DNA of 63,367 bases, counting the filler, from Globobulimina sp. (lineage: Eukaryota): NCBI GenBank assembly GCA_003354225.1. It is 25 parts of 25 records of this genome, joined end to end, with 100 filler letters (N's around TTAATTAATTAA, not from the genome) between each part and the next. Parts side by side here need not be neighbours in the genome. Positions count along the whole stretch, not along the records: positions 22,863 to 25,301 come from PIVH01006680.1; positions 25,402 to 27,840 come from PIVH01006681.1; positions 27,941 to 30,379 come from PIVH01006682.1; positions 30,480 to 32,918 come from PIVH01006683.1; positions 33,019 to 35,457 come from PIVH01006684.1; 20 more parts are not named here. One strand, given 5' to 3'. The position numbers and the translations under genes were made by a program. Positions 24,213 through 35,557 of the stretch are shown one piece after another; position 1 is the stretch's first letter; each line of letters starts with the position of its first letter. The notes under the pieces were generated by a model, which saw nothing but the letters and a program-made list of their open reading frames with translations, was not told the origin of the DNA and did no database searches.

Positions 24213-25301
24213 ATGGTCGGTGTTAGCGAAGTAACAATACTTTATTTGATTGCGAACAGCATTAAAATAGACTGCAATTATTGCATATTCACAGGAAATG
24301 GTGTCCCATTAAATACGTGTTTTAACCAATTAGACGCAACATCCACATATAAAAGCTATCAATTCGCATGCTCTCCGCCAGAGGTAAATGGTATTTCGCA
24401 ATTGGAATATACGAATCCATCATGTTTCGGAGTATCACAAAGAAACACAACGTTGTACAACGTCGCCCAACATGGCTGTACAAACACCAACAAAATCATC
24501 TGTCCATCGGATAAATCTGTGCTAGTTTCCACGTATCAACAATATCCGCATCAAACATCAAATCCAGAGAAAGAATCTGCTTTCATCATCAACAAATGCG
24601 TCGGATCACAGATCATTAGCACACACACAAACTTTTCAAAATATATGCAATGCACTGCCAGTTCCATAACAGAATGGATATTCAGTGACATTGCCTGCAC
24701 TCAGTTGCAATCCGTGAATAAATACACAGCCAACAACACTTATCAATTTGACAATGTTTTTATTAAAAACATCAATTTTTGTCCTGCGTGCAATCACAAC
24801 CTAACTTATAACGACAGCTCGCCGCCGCCGCCACAAATAAACATAGACATAAATTATATCATAAAGGATGCATTCGTTACATTTCCGGAGCCAATGGATG
24901 TCTGCAATCAGTTCCTGCGGTATAATAACAGCGCAGATCTGTATACAATTGCGAGTTATCAATATTCGTGTTTCAGAGGGAATGTATATAAATTCATATG
25001 GCATAACACGGATTGCAGTGATATCTACGACCAACATATCATACTGACCGGCAAAGATTATCTCGATTACAATTGCATGAATTCTGCCAATATGTTGAGT
25101 CACAGAGCTAAAATACAGCCCTCTTTTGTACAGCTAACACGATATAAAACACTAAACGACGCAAATTGTGCAGCAAATATGACACAATGGACACATATCT
25201 CATACATAACGAATTATTGCATTGCGCAGAATGATAATATATGGATTATCATCGAAGCACAGACTGTATTTTTAACCATTCATTTCTTCACTGATTCTGC
25301 G
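24213..25301 (+). CDS. Secreted cysteine-rich repeat protein, 3' partial
   Basis: Hydrophobic N-terminus; repeated P...C.......SYQ(F/Y).C........C units and many N-x-S/T sites. Confidence 0.65.
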
Positions 25302-25774
25302 NNNNNNNNNNNNNNNNNNNNNNNNNNNNNNNNNNNNNNNNNNNNTTAATTAATTAANNNNNNNNNNNNNNNNNNNNNNNNNNNNNNNNNNNNNNNNNNN
25401 NTATATCAATTAAATCAAACACAATTTAAAATATCATTAAATATCACAAAAAATTCAGAGGATATGAAAGAAGATACCTTATGTATCTTGTTGTTCTGAC
25501 TTGTTTTACTCCATGATTTTCAGGGTTTTACTCCTTACGTTTTTGTGACTTTCTGAAGTGTTTTTCTAACACACACTAAATTCTCTTTGTTCAATAAATT
25601 ACAGTCTCTTAAAAGACAAATATAATATGTCAGCAATGGAAACCACAGAGGAGATCATGGATAAGTTACGATTAAAAGGTGTGTTTCAAAAAGCTCTCTT
25701 TAACGTGTTTTTTATCGCACTATTGCTTGTTCAATAAAATACATTCTCTTAAACAACAAATTAATATATTAAAT

Positions 25775-26879
25775 ATGGCAGCAATTGAAACCACAAATGA
25801 GGTCATGGATAAATTACGATTAAATGTAGCACAGTATGTCTCTGTATGTTATCAATGAATACTGTCGAAAACACAAAACAAATTACATACATTTTCAAAT
25901 ACTGGCTCGGAATTTCAACAATAAGAAAATTACACAATTTATTTGCAGAAACCGACACAGATAAAACCTGTCAACTTACCAATGAGGAATTTATATTCGC
26001 GTTGATGAAAAACACGATTTATTTATCAAAGATTGACGCATCAAACATCATTAGAAAGTATAAAGTGAATGAATTAGAAGTTAATTATTTTAAATTTATG
26101 GATGAATTATCACCGCCATTAACAAATGAAAGAGAACAAGCTGTAAAACAATTATTTGATTTAATACAAGAGAATACGAAACAAAATGGAAATATTATAT
26201 TGTATCATGATTTAATGTCATTATGTAATTTTAATGTACATCCCGCTGTTGTATCTGCTCAATTTTCTGCAAATCCGCATTTGGTTAAATCTGCTCAATT
26301 ATCTGGTCAATTCTGTCAAGAAATGATTAAATCCGCATTTGATTCCATTCAAAATGACAAAGATGAAATAACATATACACAATTTACATTTTTTTTCCGT
26401 GGCATTAGTTCAGGATATCCGGATAATACAGCTGCGTTTATTAGATTTATCCGAAGTTGTTGGTGTTCAATGTTTAAAAATGTATGTTAACATTTGCTTT
26501 TCTTTTGAAATATGTATATAAATATTATACAAAATAGGTAAATGACGGAAATATTAATGCTGACGAAGCAAATAAATATGTCGAACAAATCGAAGCAATG
26601 TTGGCAGAGAAAACCCGCCAAAAAGTCAAAGGATCGGGAAATGAGAGTCGTACATTGTTGAGACAATTTAAACATTTTGATGCCAGATCTGTTAATTATG
26701 TAAATCTACAGCAATTTGCTCGAACCTTGGAGAGTTTCGGCGTTATGGCTCCCGAAAAAGAAATGACAATGTTGTTTGATAAATGGTGTCGTCATCACGA
26801 AGCTGATAAAGAGAACAATGAGGAATCAAAAAGATTGTATTACAGACAGTTCGTCCAACAATTATTCAAAAAATATTAA
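25775..26879 (+). CDS. Calcyphosin-like EF-hand protein
   Basis: MDKLRL..GI..I..L...F...DTDKTCQL..EF, VNYFKF, HP.V, F..F.RS.W, F..FD. Intron 26482-26537 is in frame; the first intron lacks a canonical AG. Confidence 0.75.
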
Positions 26880-26934
26880 ATTCAGCCTGTCTGTATATTA
26901 TACTGTTTTTTCGTTTTGTTTTTTTTCGGAGTAT

Positions 26935-27600
26935 TTAAATTTTAATGTCGCGTCCACTTTCGTATAATGCACATTTCCCCGCCTCATTGTAGCTATACAA
27001 TGCTAATTTATATGCAATCTTAGGTATATTATCAAAAGCAACCCCTAAATGTTTATCATTCTTTTTAAATGAAATTGTACATCTATTTAAATCCAATGTA
27101 ACTGAAATAATATCGCCTGTTTGGTATGTATCTGCCCAGTGATAATCCCAAACTGCATTGGCTATTTTAGCTCCATCCTGTCTATATCCATAGGCGTACT
27201 GCAAATTATAAAAATATTGATTAATGTTTGGTTTCGCTTTTCCTGCATCAATAACTCCAACAGCAAAGGAATGCTGCACATTCAAACACTTTATTCTCCA
27301 GACATAGGTACCCATTCTCACAGATTTCACTCCAAAACAATGAATATAACCATCCATAATGTTGCTTACAATGTTACCATCAATTTCTAAACCTCTGTCA
27401 ATGGACTCTGCAATGCATATGGAACATGTTCTTATAATTCTAAAAAACACACAAATATCTTAACCTTTATCCCAAGAGTCTTCATCCAAAAAATAAAATT
27501 TTAAACATAAGTGGAGAATAGGTTCGGGAACAGCAAATATGAGTTGTTGTTCCAATTCATGAATGTATCCAAAGACCAGATAACACTCAGGTTCGTTGGT
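26935..27600 (-). CDS. SPRY/B30.2-domain protein
   Basis: YVWRIK, AVGVI, YGY..DG, YQTGDIISVTLDL...TISFKKND..LGVAF. Intron 27408-27464 links an upstream LVFGY exon; start codon uncertain. Confidence 0.85.
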
Positions 27601-28154
27601 AGTTGGGATAAAAGTTGACACGATACTAATAGTTTAACAGTTTTTAATGTTACTTGTTGGTGACATAGCTTCTCACCCTTTTGTGCATAATACTATAACA
27701 AAACAGTTTTATATATACATCATGTAAAATATTGATTCATTATTGTGTTTACTTTGTCAAATATTTGTAGAGAAACTTCTTGATTTTTTTGTAACCGTTT
27801 TAAATACGCCACACCACCGCTTTGTTCAACACATTTGGCANNNNNNNNNNNNNNNNNNNNNNNNNNNNNNNNNNNNNNNNNNNNTTAATTAATTAANNNN
27901 NNNNNNNNNNNNNNNNNNNNNNNNNNNNNNNNNNNNNNNNACTGCCATAAGACGTGTTATGTTTATATTGCTGTAAACAAAACAAAGGTTTGTATTTATA
28001 GAGATATTGCATGGACCAACAATGCGTGTCTTGTAATGTGCTGATTTGCATGCAGCCAGTTGGAGGGCCGTTCGCTTACAATGCCATTATCAAAGCTGAT
28101 GCTGTCGCCAGTCCTCAGATATTGATACGATCCGTCATCAAAACCAACAAAACG

Positions 28155-28610
28155 CTAATGAGCCGGAGGCAAAGTATCTAGAACAAAATCAGTTGCTGGT
28201 AAAATAAAAAGGTCTGTGAACGGTGTTGTATGATGCGCAGAGAATAGTGTTTGGTGCAATGGATTTGGAGTTGGACAGGAATATAAATATTGAGATGCGG
28301 TCATAATGATTAATATTAAAAATATGATAAGAATTCGAAGCTTGAATGGAAAGTTTGATCGTTTGCTTACTTTGCTATATTGGCTGTAATTTTTATTATT
28401 AATTTTTTGAATTTCTACAAACTGAGCAATTATATCCACGATGTCATGTGGAAACGTTGTGATGTTTGAGATCATATAACATTTGTCATATTTGATATTT
28501 TTGGTCCATGATTCGACGATTAAATCTATTTCATAATAATCAGCAACATATTGCAATTGATTGTAGTCACCTTTCAGCAAATTAAGGACATACACTTCAT
28601 TCACAGACAT
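28155..28610 (-). CDS. Hypothetical protein with one TM segment (probably frameshifted at the 3' end)
   Basis: ATG ORF with hydrophobic ILIIFLILIIM; coding-like sequence continues in another frame. Confidence 0.45.
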   Translation of the reverse strand: MSVNEVYVLNLLKGDYNQLQYVADYYEIDLIVESWTKNIKYDKCYMISNITTFPHDIVDIIAQFVEIQKINNKNYSQYSKVSKRSNFPFKLRILIIFLILIIMTASQYLYSCPTPNPLHQTLFSAHHTTPFTDLFILPATDFVLDTLPPAH

Positions 28611-28787
28611 TGGATGCTAGAATTAATGGGATAGTATTGGTGAATTATATAAGCGCTGTGGTTGTTAACACTAATTAAAATTCAGTTTGGTTGGATTAAA
28701 GATGCAAAAAACAAAAGGTTTTTACTTACTTAGTTATATCATCGTGTCTTGTTTTGGAGATATTCAAATAGTCCAATATCAATAACT

Positions 28788-30379
28788 ATGACGTTCGTCA
28801 ACTATGAACGGTTCATGAATACATTTTTTGATATTTTTGCAGCATTGATATCAATATCTGATATTGCAACAGATGTCATAGTCACATATCAGTTTTACCA
28901 AAACGATCGCATGGTATTTTTTGGTGTTTCATTATCTTTTATTATATTGGCTCAGTTATCGTACACACTCGCATTTGTTGCACTAATTGGCAACGAAAGT
29001 AAACCATATAAAATATTTCTAATGTGGTTATTTATACTTCCATTTTCACCAATTATCAGTTTTATATTTTATTTAACTGAAGATCCCAACTCATATATTT
29101 CAAATTTATTCAAAGACTATTTTCCGTTTGCTGTAGAGTTTACTGCCACGTACATTGATAAAGGAGAAAGTAAACTAAAGCAATGGATGAAAAAGAAAAT
29201 ACACAAACATTTAGGGTTTATAATGGAATCATTGATTGAAGCGTTCCCGCAGTCGGTACGCACTTTTTATATATAATTCAATTTAAAATTATTTCCCATT
29301 CATGCAATATTAATTAAAAAAAACAGATCCTACAACTTGCCGCAATTGTCATTTATAAGGAAGCTGATATTGTGCGCATTATATCCATCCTAATAAGTAT
29401 GCTGTCAGTTTCATCCAAAAGCTTTATACTTTCCATTCAATTCTCCATGAATATAAAAACATTATTCTTCAACTGGCTATGTGCTGTCACAGACTTTATA
29501 GTTAGGTCAATTTACTCGATTATAAAAATTATATTTATTGTTATAAAACAATACGACAGGGAATATTTTTTGCAGTGTCATGGGCTTTTTATGACTCTGA
29601 TTATGGAACAATATCAATGATTGCCTCAATATGGAAAATGAAGGTGTTATTCACTGTCATACCATTGGTTTTTAGCATTAGTGTCGGTGTATATTGCTTT
29701 GGTATATATAAGCTGTGGATTAGTATATATCCGCAATGTGACATTGCTGCTGTATTTGCTGGTTTTTGTGGCTTTGTTACCATTCAACTTTTATGGGCCT
29801 TTGGTATGGTTTTAGGTGTTTTAGCTTTGGAGATATCCACATTTCTGCTCATTGCATTTCCAATGTTTGTGATCGGCAGTATTCGACTGCCAACAGACGC
29901 TAAATCAAACCAGTTATGGCTAAATGTTTTGTCTTGGATAAAATCAGCACATTCTCATAAATATGATGGTATATTATCATTGACAAAAACACAAGATTCC
30001 ATTATTCGAATTTGTTGCATCAATCAAAGCATGATTGATAATAAAAAGTTGTACACGCGCTTTGATAAAAAGTTTGTAGCATTTATCAACTCGCATACAT
30101 CAACAAATTATATGGGCATTAAATCATTGTCAGAACTGCGGAGCCATCACGATGTGGTGGATTTTGGTGCCGGCCCATCGCCTGAATTCTTGCCATCATG
30201 TCTGGCGTTGCTGAGCTTGCCATATCTGATTACAAAACAGGAGATTGATAATGGTCAACTCATTGGAAGGGAATGGATGTTTTATGGGGTTTGTTTTGTT
30301 AATTTTATCATTGCTCCATTTTATTATTTATCGAGGATTATAAACATTGCGTTTCCGTTTGCAACACTTATGCTGTTAT
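28788..30379 (+). CDS. XK-related multi-pass membrane protein, 3' partial
   Basis: DIATDVIV..FY, ESLIEAFPQS|ILQL and SILISMLS motifs; introns 29256-29326 and 29501-29559 are both in frame. Confidence 0.8.
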
Positions 30380-30528
30380 NNNNNNNNNNNNNNNNNNNNN
30401 NNNNNNNNNNNNNNNNNNNNNNNTTAATTAATTAANNNNNNNNNNNNNNNNNNNNNNNNNNNNNNNNNNNNNNNNNNNNAGTATAATTATAAAAAAAGTC
30501 TTAGTTATTTACTCATCCATCCAACAAG

Positions 30529-31857
30529 ATGGCAAGTCAGAGACCATTTTTACTGGAACGATATTTTGCTATTCATGAGTTTACAGCAAAATATGTTGCA
30601 TGTGGCAGTGACGGCGAATCATTATCCATAAACGATATACTATGCATGAATAATAGCGATGAAAAATCCAAACAATTGGTGGACAAATTGTGGTATAATA
30701 TGAAATTGGGTTATACGGAGAGTCAGGGCTCCACTTTATTGCGACAAGAAATATGTAACATGTACAACAATGAATATGACGATCGCAAAAACAATAATAA
30801 TTCGGCATTGAAGCAAGAGAATGTATTAATAATAGCACCGCAAGAAGGCATATACATTGCAATGAACTGTTTATTGAATAAAAATGACCACATCATTGTG
30901 TTATCGCCATCCTATCAGAGCTTATATGAAAACGCATTGGCAAATAATATTGCTGTCACTTTTTGGAAATTTCGGTATGACACTCATGTTAAATATACTT
31001 TGTATGCCACAAATTATTTTGCATTTTGCTTGCATATAATTAGAATAAATAAAAATAATAATTGGTATTTAGATATTAACGAATTGGAAAATACGTTAAT
31101 TAAAGTAAATAAAACCAAAATGATTGTGATTAATTTCCCTCATAACCCCACCGGTTATGTCCCTTCGTACAACGAATACTGTCAAATATTAAATATTGCC
31201 AAAAAATATAATATTATTATATTTTCAGATGAAATGTATTTGTTTTTGTTTGCCAAACATAATAAACTCAAATCCGCGGTGATGAGCAACGACAATAACA
31301 TAATAACTTTGAGTGGAATGTCAAAAACGTTTTGTTGTCCCGGATTGCGAATTGGTTGGCTAATAACCAGAAATCAAGCATTTATGGACAAATTCCAAGC
31401 ATTTAAAGATTATGTTACTATTTGCCCGCCTTCTCCATCTGAGGTGTTGTCCATATTTGCGTTACGGAATAAAAACTATAGAAACATTATTGGCAAAATT
31501 CAAAAAATAATCGCCAAAAATAAGCATATTTTGTATCAATTTGTAACGCAAAACAATGATATTTTTTATTGGACTCAGTATGAGAATGATGGGCATTGTG
31601 GTGGATTGACGAAATTTATTGGATACCAATTGGGAAATGTGTTAAGTGTACAATTATTTTGTGATTATGTTGTCAAACAATGCGGTGTCATGTTACTGCC
31701 ATCCACAATGTATCAATATGACGGCGAGAAAGAATTTATTAGATTTGGATTAGGGAGGAAAAATTTGGAAAATGCTGTTAAGATTTTGGACAAATATTTA
31801 GCACATTGGAGACAGAATAGATTTGTTGTTGAGAATAACCATAACTCCAAATTATAA
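30529..31857 (+). CDS. PLP-dependent class I/II aminotransferase, C-terminal SKL
   Basis: F.LERYF, LGYTESQG..LR, INFPHNPTG, FSDEMY, SGMSKTF..PGLRIGW (PLP Lys), RFGLGR. In-frame 69-nt intron 30975-31043; ends HNSKL*. Confidence 0.93.
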   Translation: MASQRPFLLERYFAIHEFTAKYVACGSDGESLSINDILCMNNSDEKSKQLVDKLWYNMKLGYTESQGSTLLRQEICNMYNNEYDDRKNNNNSALKQENVLIIAPQEGIYIAMNCLLNKNDHIIVLSPSYQSLYENALANNIAVTFWKFRYDTHVKYTLYATNYFAFCLHIIRINKNNNWYLDINELENTLIKVNKTKMIVINFPHNPTGYVPSYNEYCQILNIAKKYNIIIFSDEMYLFLFAKHNKLKSAVMSNDNNIITLSGMSKTFCCPGLRIGWLITRNQAFMDKFQAFKDYVTICPPSPSEVLSIFALRNKNYRNIIGKIQKIIAKNKHILYQFVTQNNDIFYWTQYENDGHCGGLTKFIGYQLGNVLSVQLFCDYVVKQCGVMLLPSTMYQYDGEKEFIRFGLGRKNLENAVKILDKYLAHWRQNRFVVENNHNSKL

Positions 31858-31982
31858 ATTAATAATGCTTGCAACTCATAGTCTACTAAAAAAAACAATC
31901 GTTGATTATCATTTTCAATATGGAGCCTTAACGCAGATCAGATTTGGAGCTAACATCAACTAAGCAACATAGACTAACAATT

Positions 31983-32222
31983 ATGTCATCGCGACGAGCT
32001 CGAAATCGCCGTGGCGCGAAACAAAAATTACAAAAAGCAATCGCTGATCAAAAAAAATTAGAGGAACAATTGTCACAATTAAACCAAGCACAAAGTCCAG
32101 AAGATGTATGCAAAGGAATAATTGAAAGAGTTACAACAAATGCTCCATCTGATCCTCTGCTAACTGGAGCTGAGAATCCATTCGCCCAAGGAAATAATCG
32201 TTCATTTTGTATTGTATTATAA
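31983..32222 (+). CDS. Heterotrimeric G-protein gamma subunit
   Basis: 79 aa; coiled-coil, DPLL, NPF and CaaX box CIVL. Confidence 0.85.
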   Translation: MSSRRARNRRGAKQKLQKAIADQKKLEEQLSQLNQAQSPEDVCKGIIERVTTNAPSDPLLTGAENPFAQGNNRSFCIVL

Positions 32223-32518
32223 AATGTAATCAAACAGACAATACCTTATAAGTTGTATTTATTGTAACTGCTGGCTCTCCATTCATTGTACATGCATGTA
32301 AATTATTATTTTACTTTCTTTCCACAGCATATAATGAGCTAATCTATACTCAGATATTCATAACAAAAATCTATCGAACGATCACAAAAACACTGCTTCC
32401 AACGGAGAAATCTATTGACTTAAGTCACTTCAAAAAAACTACAAAACGCTTCGCTTTAATTGCATGGTAACCATTCGGGAAATATAAGGATTCAACAAAT
32501 ATCAACTTTTAATATCAT

Positions 32519-32755
32519 ATGGCATCGAGAAGAAGACGGGGGAACGCACGTCAACGATTGCAAAAAAGTCTGAAAATACAACGTACATTGGAACATGAAC
32601 TACAACAATTAAATAAAGGAGAACAACAAGAAAACTCTGCTAAATCGATCATAAAATATGTCGAACAAAATGGTAGTGATCCTATGCTAGCTCCAGACGA
32701 AGAAAATCCATTTAAAGCTGGACAGGCCGATGGATGCATTTGTATCGTAATGTGA
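32519..32755 (+). CDS. Heterotrimeric G-protein gamma subunit (tandem paralogue)
   Basis: 78 aa; DPML, ENPF and CaaX box CIVM. Confidence 0.85.
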   Translation: MASRRRRGNARQRLQKSLKIQRTLEHELQQLNKGEQQENSAKSIIKYVEQNGSDPMLAPDEENPFKAGQADGCICIVM

Positions 32756-33018
32756 TAGATACATTTTATTGAATATCATGCAAAATAAAAATGTCATATA
32801 ATAATTTTATGAATCAACGAATATGAATACGATATATCTTAATTATTACACTTCAGACTTCAGTTCAATCAGTCTTCAATGTGTTTGGATAAATTTGTTA
32901 ATTTTATTTTTGTGATTGNNNNNNNNNNNNNNNNNNNNNNNNNNNNNNNNNNNNNNNNNNNNTTAATTAATTAANNNNNNNNNNNNNNNNNNNNNNNNNN
33001 NNNNNNNNNNNNNNNNNN

Positions 33019-33424
33019 TTATGGTTGTTATCCAAAATCAAAAAACGTGAGAATTCCAGTGGTATCAAGCAATTTGGCGGGATTTCGAAAATTACCAAAA
33101 AAAGAAAAGCGAAGGGTTCGAAAAGCATTATGGCCGAAACAAGTAAGTGATAAAAAGAAACCAAGAATAAAACTTTCAAAAGAATTTAATAAAATGACAA
33201 TGAAAGATTTAGAATTGGAATTGAAAAGACGTGATCTTAAAAGAAATGGTAAGAAACAAGACTTAAAAGACAGATTAGAAAAATATTTGAACAACAAAGA
33301 ATGTAAAAAATCAAATGAATTGTTAGTATTTGGATATTGCAGGAAAAGAGAAAATAAGTATAATTTAAACATTCCTGTGTACTTACAACAAATAATAAAT
33401 CATTACTTTCCATCTTGTGTTTAA
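33019..33424 (+). CDS. SAP-domain protein, 5' partial
   Basis: FNKMTMKDLELELKRRDLKRNGKKQDLKDRL is a SAP consensus; C-terminal LLVFGY motif. Confidence 0.8.
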
Positions 33425-33934
33425 TCATAGACTCTTGAAGCTACTCAATAAAATAATTCATCATTGTTTTGCACCCATAAATTATTTTGATCTTTAACAA
33501 ATGTACATAACCAATTTCTACCTGCTCTATTGTGAAGCGCAGATTATTTTATGTGCAAATGTAAACATTTTGTAAAATTACTCCTTGCACATTAAACAAG
33601 TTATGTCCTTGGAAAAAAGTAAACCATTACTAATTCCTAAATATATGCCACTTTTCCTTGGTTATTTATGACATTGTCGTATTTTGTGTCTTTTCCTTAT
33701 TTAGTGTTTTTATTGTATACTGAGTCATGTATCTGCTTAGTATATCAAAATGAATAAAAAATCCTGATTTGATTGGGTTTATCGACGTAAACTTGTTGAG
33801 TTTCAATATAAAAGTATAAATATATTTGAATTTAAATTTGAAACAATGTAAAGTATAAATAAAATATATATATAAAAATGCTCGTCTCTCATCAAAAAAT
33901 GTAGACAAAGCGTACAAATAATTATTGATCAGTT

Positions 33935-35457
33935 CTAATCAATATTTTCAGCATATGTTTCATTTCCATGTCCTTCGAGTCCTTCGAGGCATAAATTAGT
34001 TAAATTAGTTAAATTACTTTGATGATGATGTATTTCCATATCATCTTCGCCCTCATTATCTGCAGTATTTATCTGTATATGTATATCATCTCCGTCTTCT
34101 TTTCTCCGCACACAATCAATCATATCATCGTCACAAACAATAAACTCATCATCGCAAACATTCTCAAAACTATCTGTAACAATTGATAATTTACATATTT
34201 CCAGCATAATTTTAATTTGATGCTGTTTATTAGTGATACCAATAAGTTCCAAAACATACAGCCCATCAATGTTCTTGACACCATTCAAAGCACCATATCC
34301 ATTGTTAATAAACGTATTCAAATACTGTGGCAATTCGACCTTGTCAGTTAACCAGTTTTGTATGCTATCATCACTTGACTGGTCTGAATAGGTTGAGGCA
34401 GATCCAACTTTTAACACTTCAGACATTTTACTCATTTCCATCACAGTTAAACTTACATCCATTTTGTGCTGCAATTTAGGTGTTGCAGCAGAGGATATAT
34501 AGTCTATCATTTCATTTTCCTGTTGTTGTTTTTTAATATCATATGGTCGCAATCTAACACACACACAAAAACAAAAAGGAGCACAGCAACATAAAATAAT
34601 CAATCCTGCCACATATGCAAAATAATAATATGCTGCCTCGTTACCAGAATGCATAATTACTGTTGGGCTTATTTCCGATGTATTAATATTTGATGTTATC
34701 TGATTTATCATGGATGCTCTTGTTGAATTATACGTTGTTATCGTTGGTTCAATCGTTGGTTCAATCGTAGGTATTGATGTTGGTTCAATCGTAGGTATCG
34801 ATGTTGGTTCAATCGTAGGTATCGATGTTGGTGAACTTCTATATAAATTTAAAAAACATTATAAAAACGAGATATTATTGTTATATAATTGAGGCATACG
34901 TAGGTTGTATCGTTGGTGAGTTAGTGATCCAACAATTACTGTCGGTGTTAAATGGAGATGTGCTGAATTGTCCATTCTCGCAGGTAATTGTAACCGACGA
35001 CATAGAACCAATGACACCTAATTCTATCCAAACACCACTGGGTATCCCTTGAGCAGCATTTATATTCAAATGAGTCAGTTTTCCACCGCCGGATGCATCG
35101 ATATAACATGGTGCTACCGGAACTGCTACGGATGGACCATAATAGCCAGCTATTGGAGCATTTGGACAGTCAATAATTGCAGATTGGAAGTCGAGGGTAT
35201 CACTGACTTTAATTTCCAAATAGTGAGCATTTGTGGCGTTAACATTCATTTGTGCGCATTGGAGCTTATCCGGAGAGGGAGAATCGCAATCAATGAAAAT
35301 ATTTTGCGCATTGGAGCCAGCCATGACATTCATGCCTTTAAATCCTTTTTGTGAGTTCGGTCCAGTCATTGTAAATGTGGCATCGCCATAGTTGGGAGTG
35401 GTTATGGTGGCGTCTTTAAGGCATTCTTGTGCTGATGATATCACGTACAAATTAGTG
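33935..35457 (-). CDS. Single-pass surface protein: Cys-containing ectodomain, PT-repeat stalk, TM, cytoplasmic SAM domain (5' partial)
   Basis: Intron 34839-34899 joins ORF 34881..35450 to PTSIPTIE repeats in frame with ORF 33935..34711; SAM-like WLTDKVELPQY...F..NGY...IGIT...HQ.KI. Confidence 0.8.
34740..34832. repeat. Coding 12/24-bp minisatellite (PTSI/PTIE)
   Basis: gatgttggttcaatcgtaggtat-type units in tandem. Confidence 0.85.
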
Positions 35458-35557
35458 NNNNNNNNNNNNNNNNNNNNNNNNNNNNNNNNNNNNNNNNNNN
35501 NTTAATTAATTAANNNNNNNNNNNNNNNNNNNNNNNNNNNNNNNNNNNNNNNNNNNN

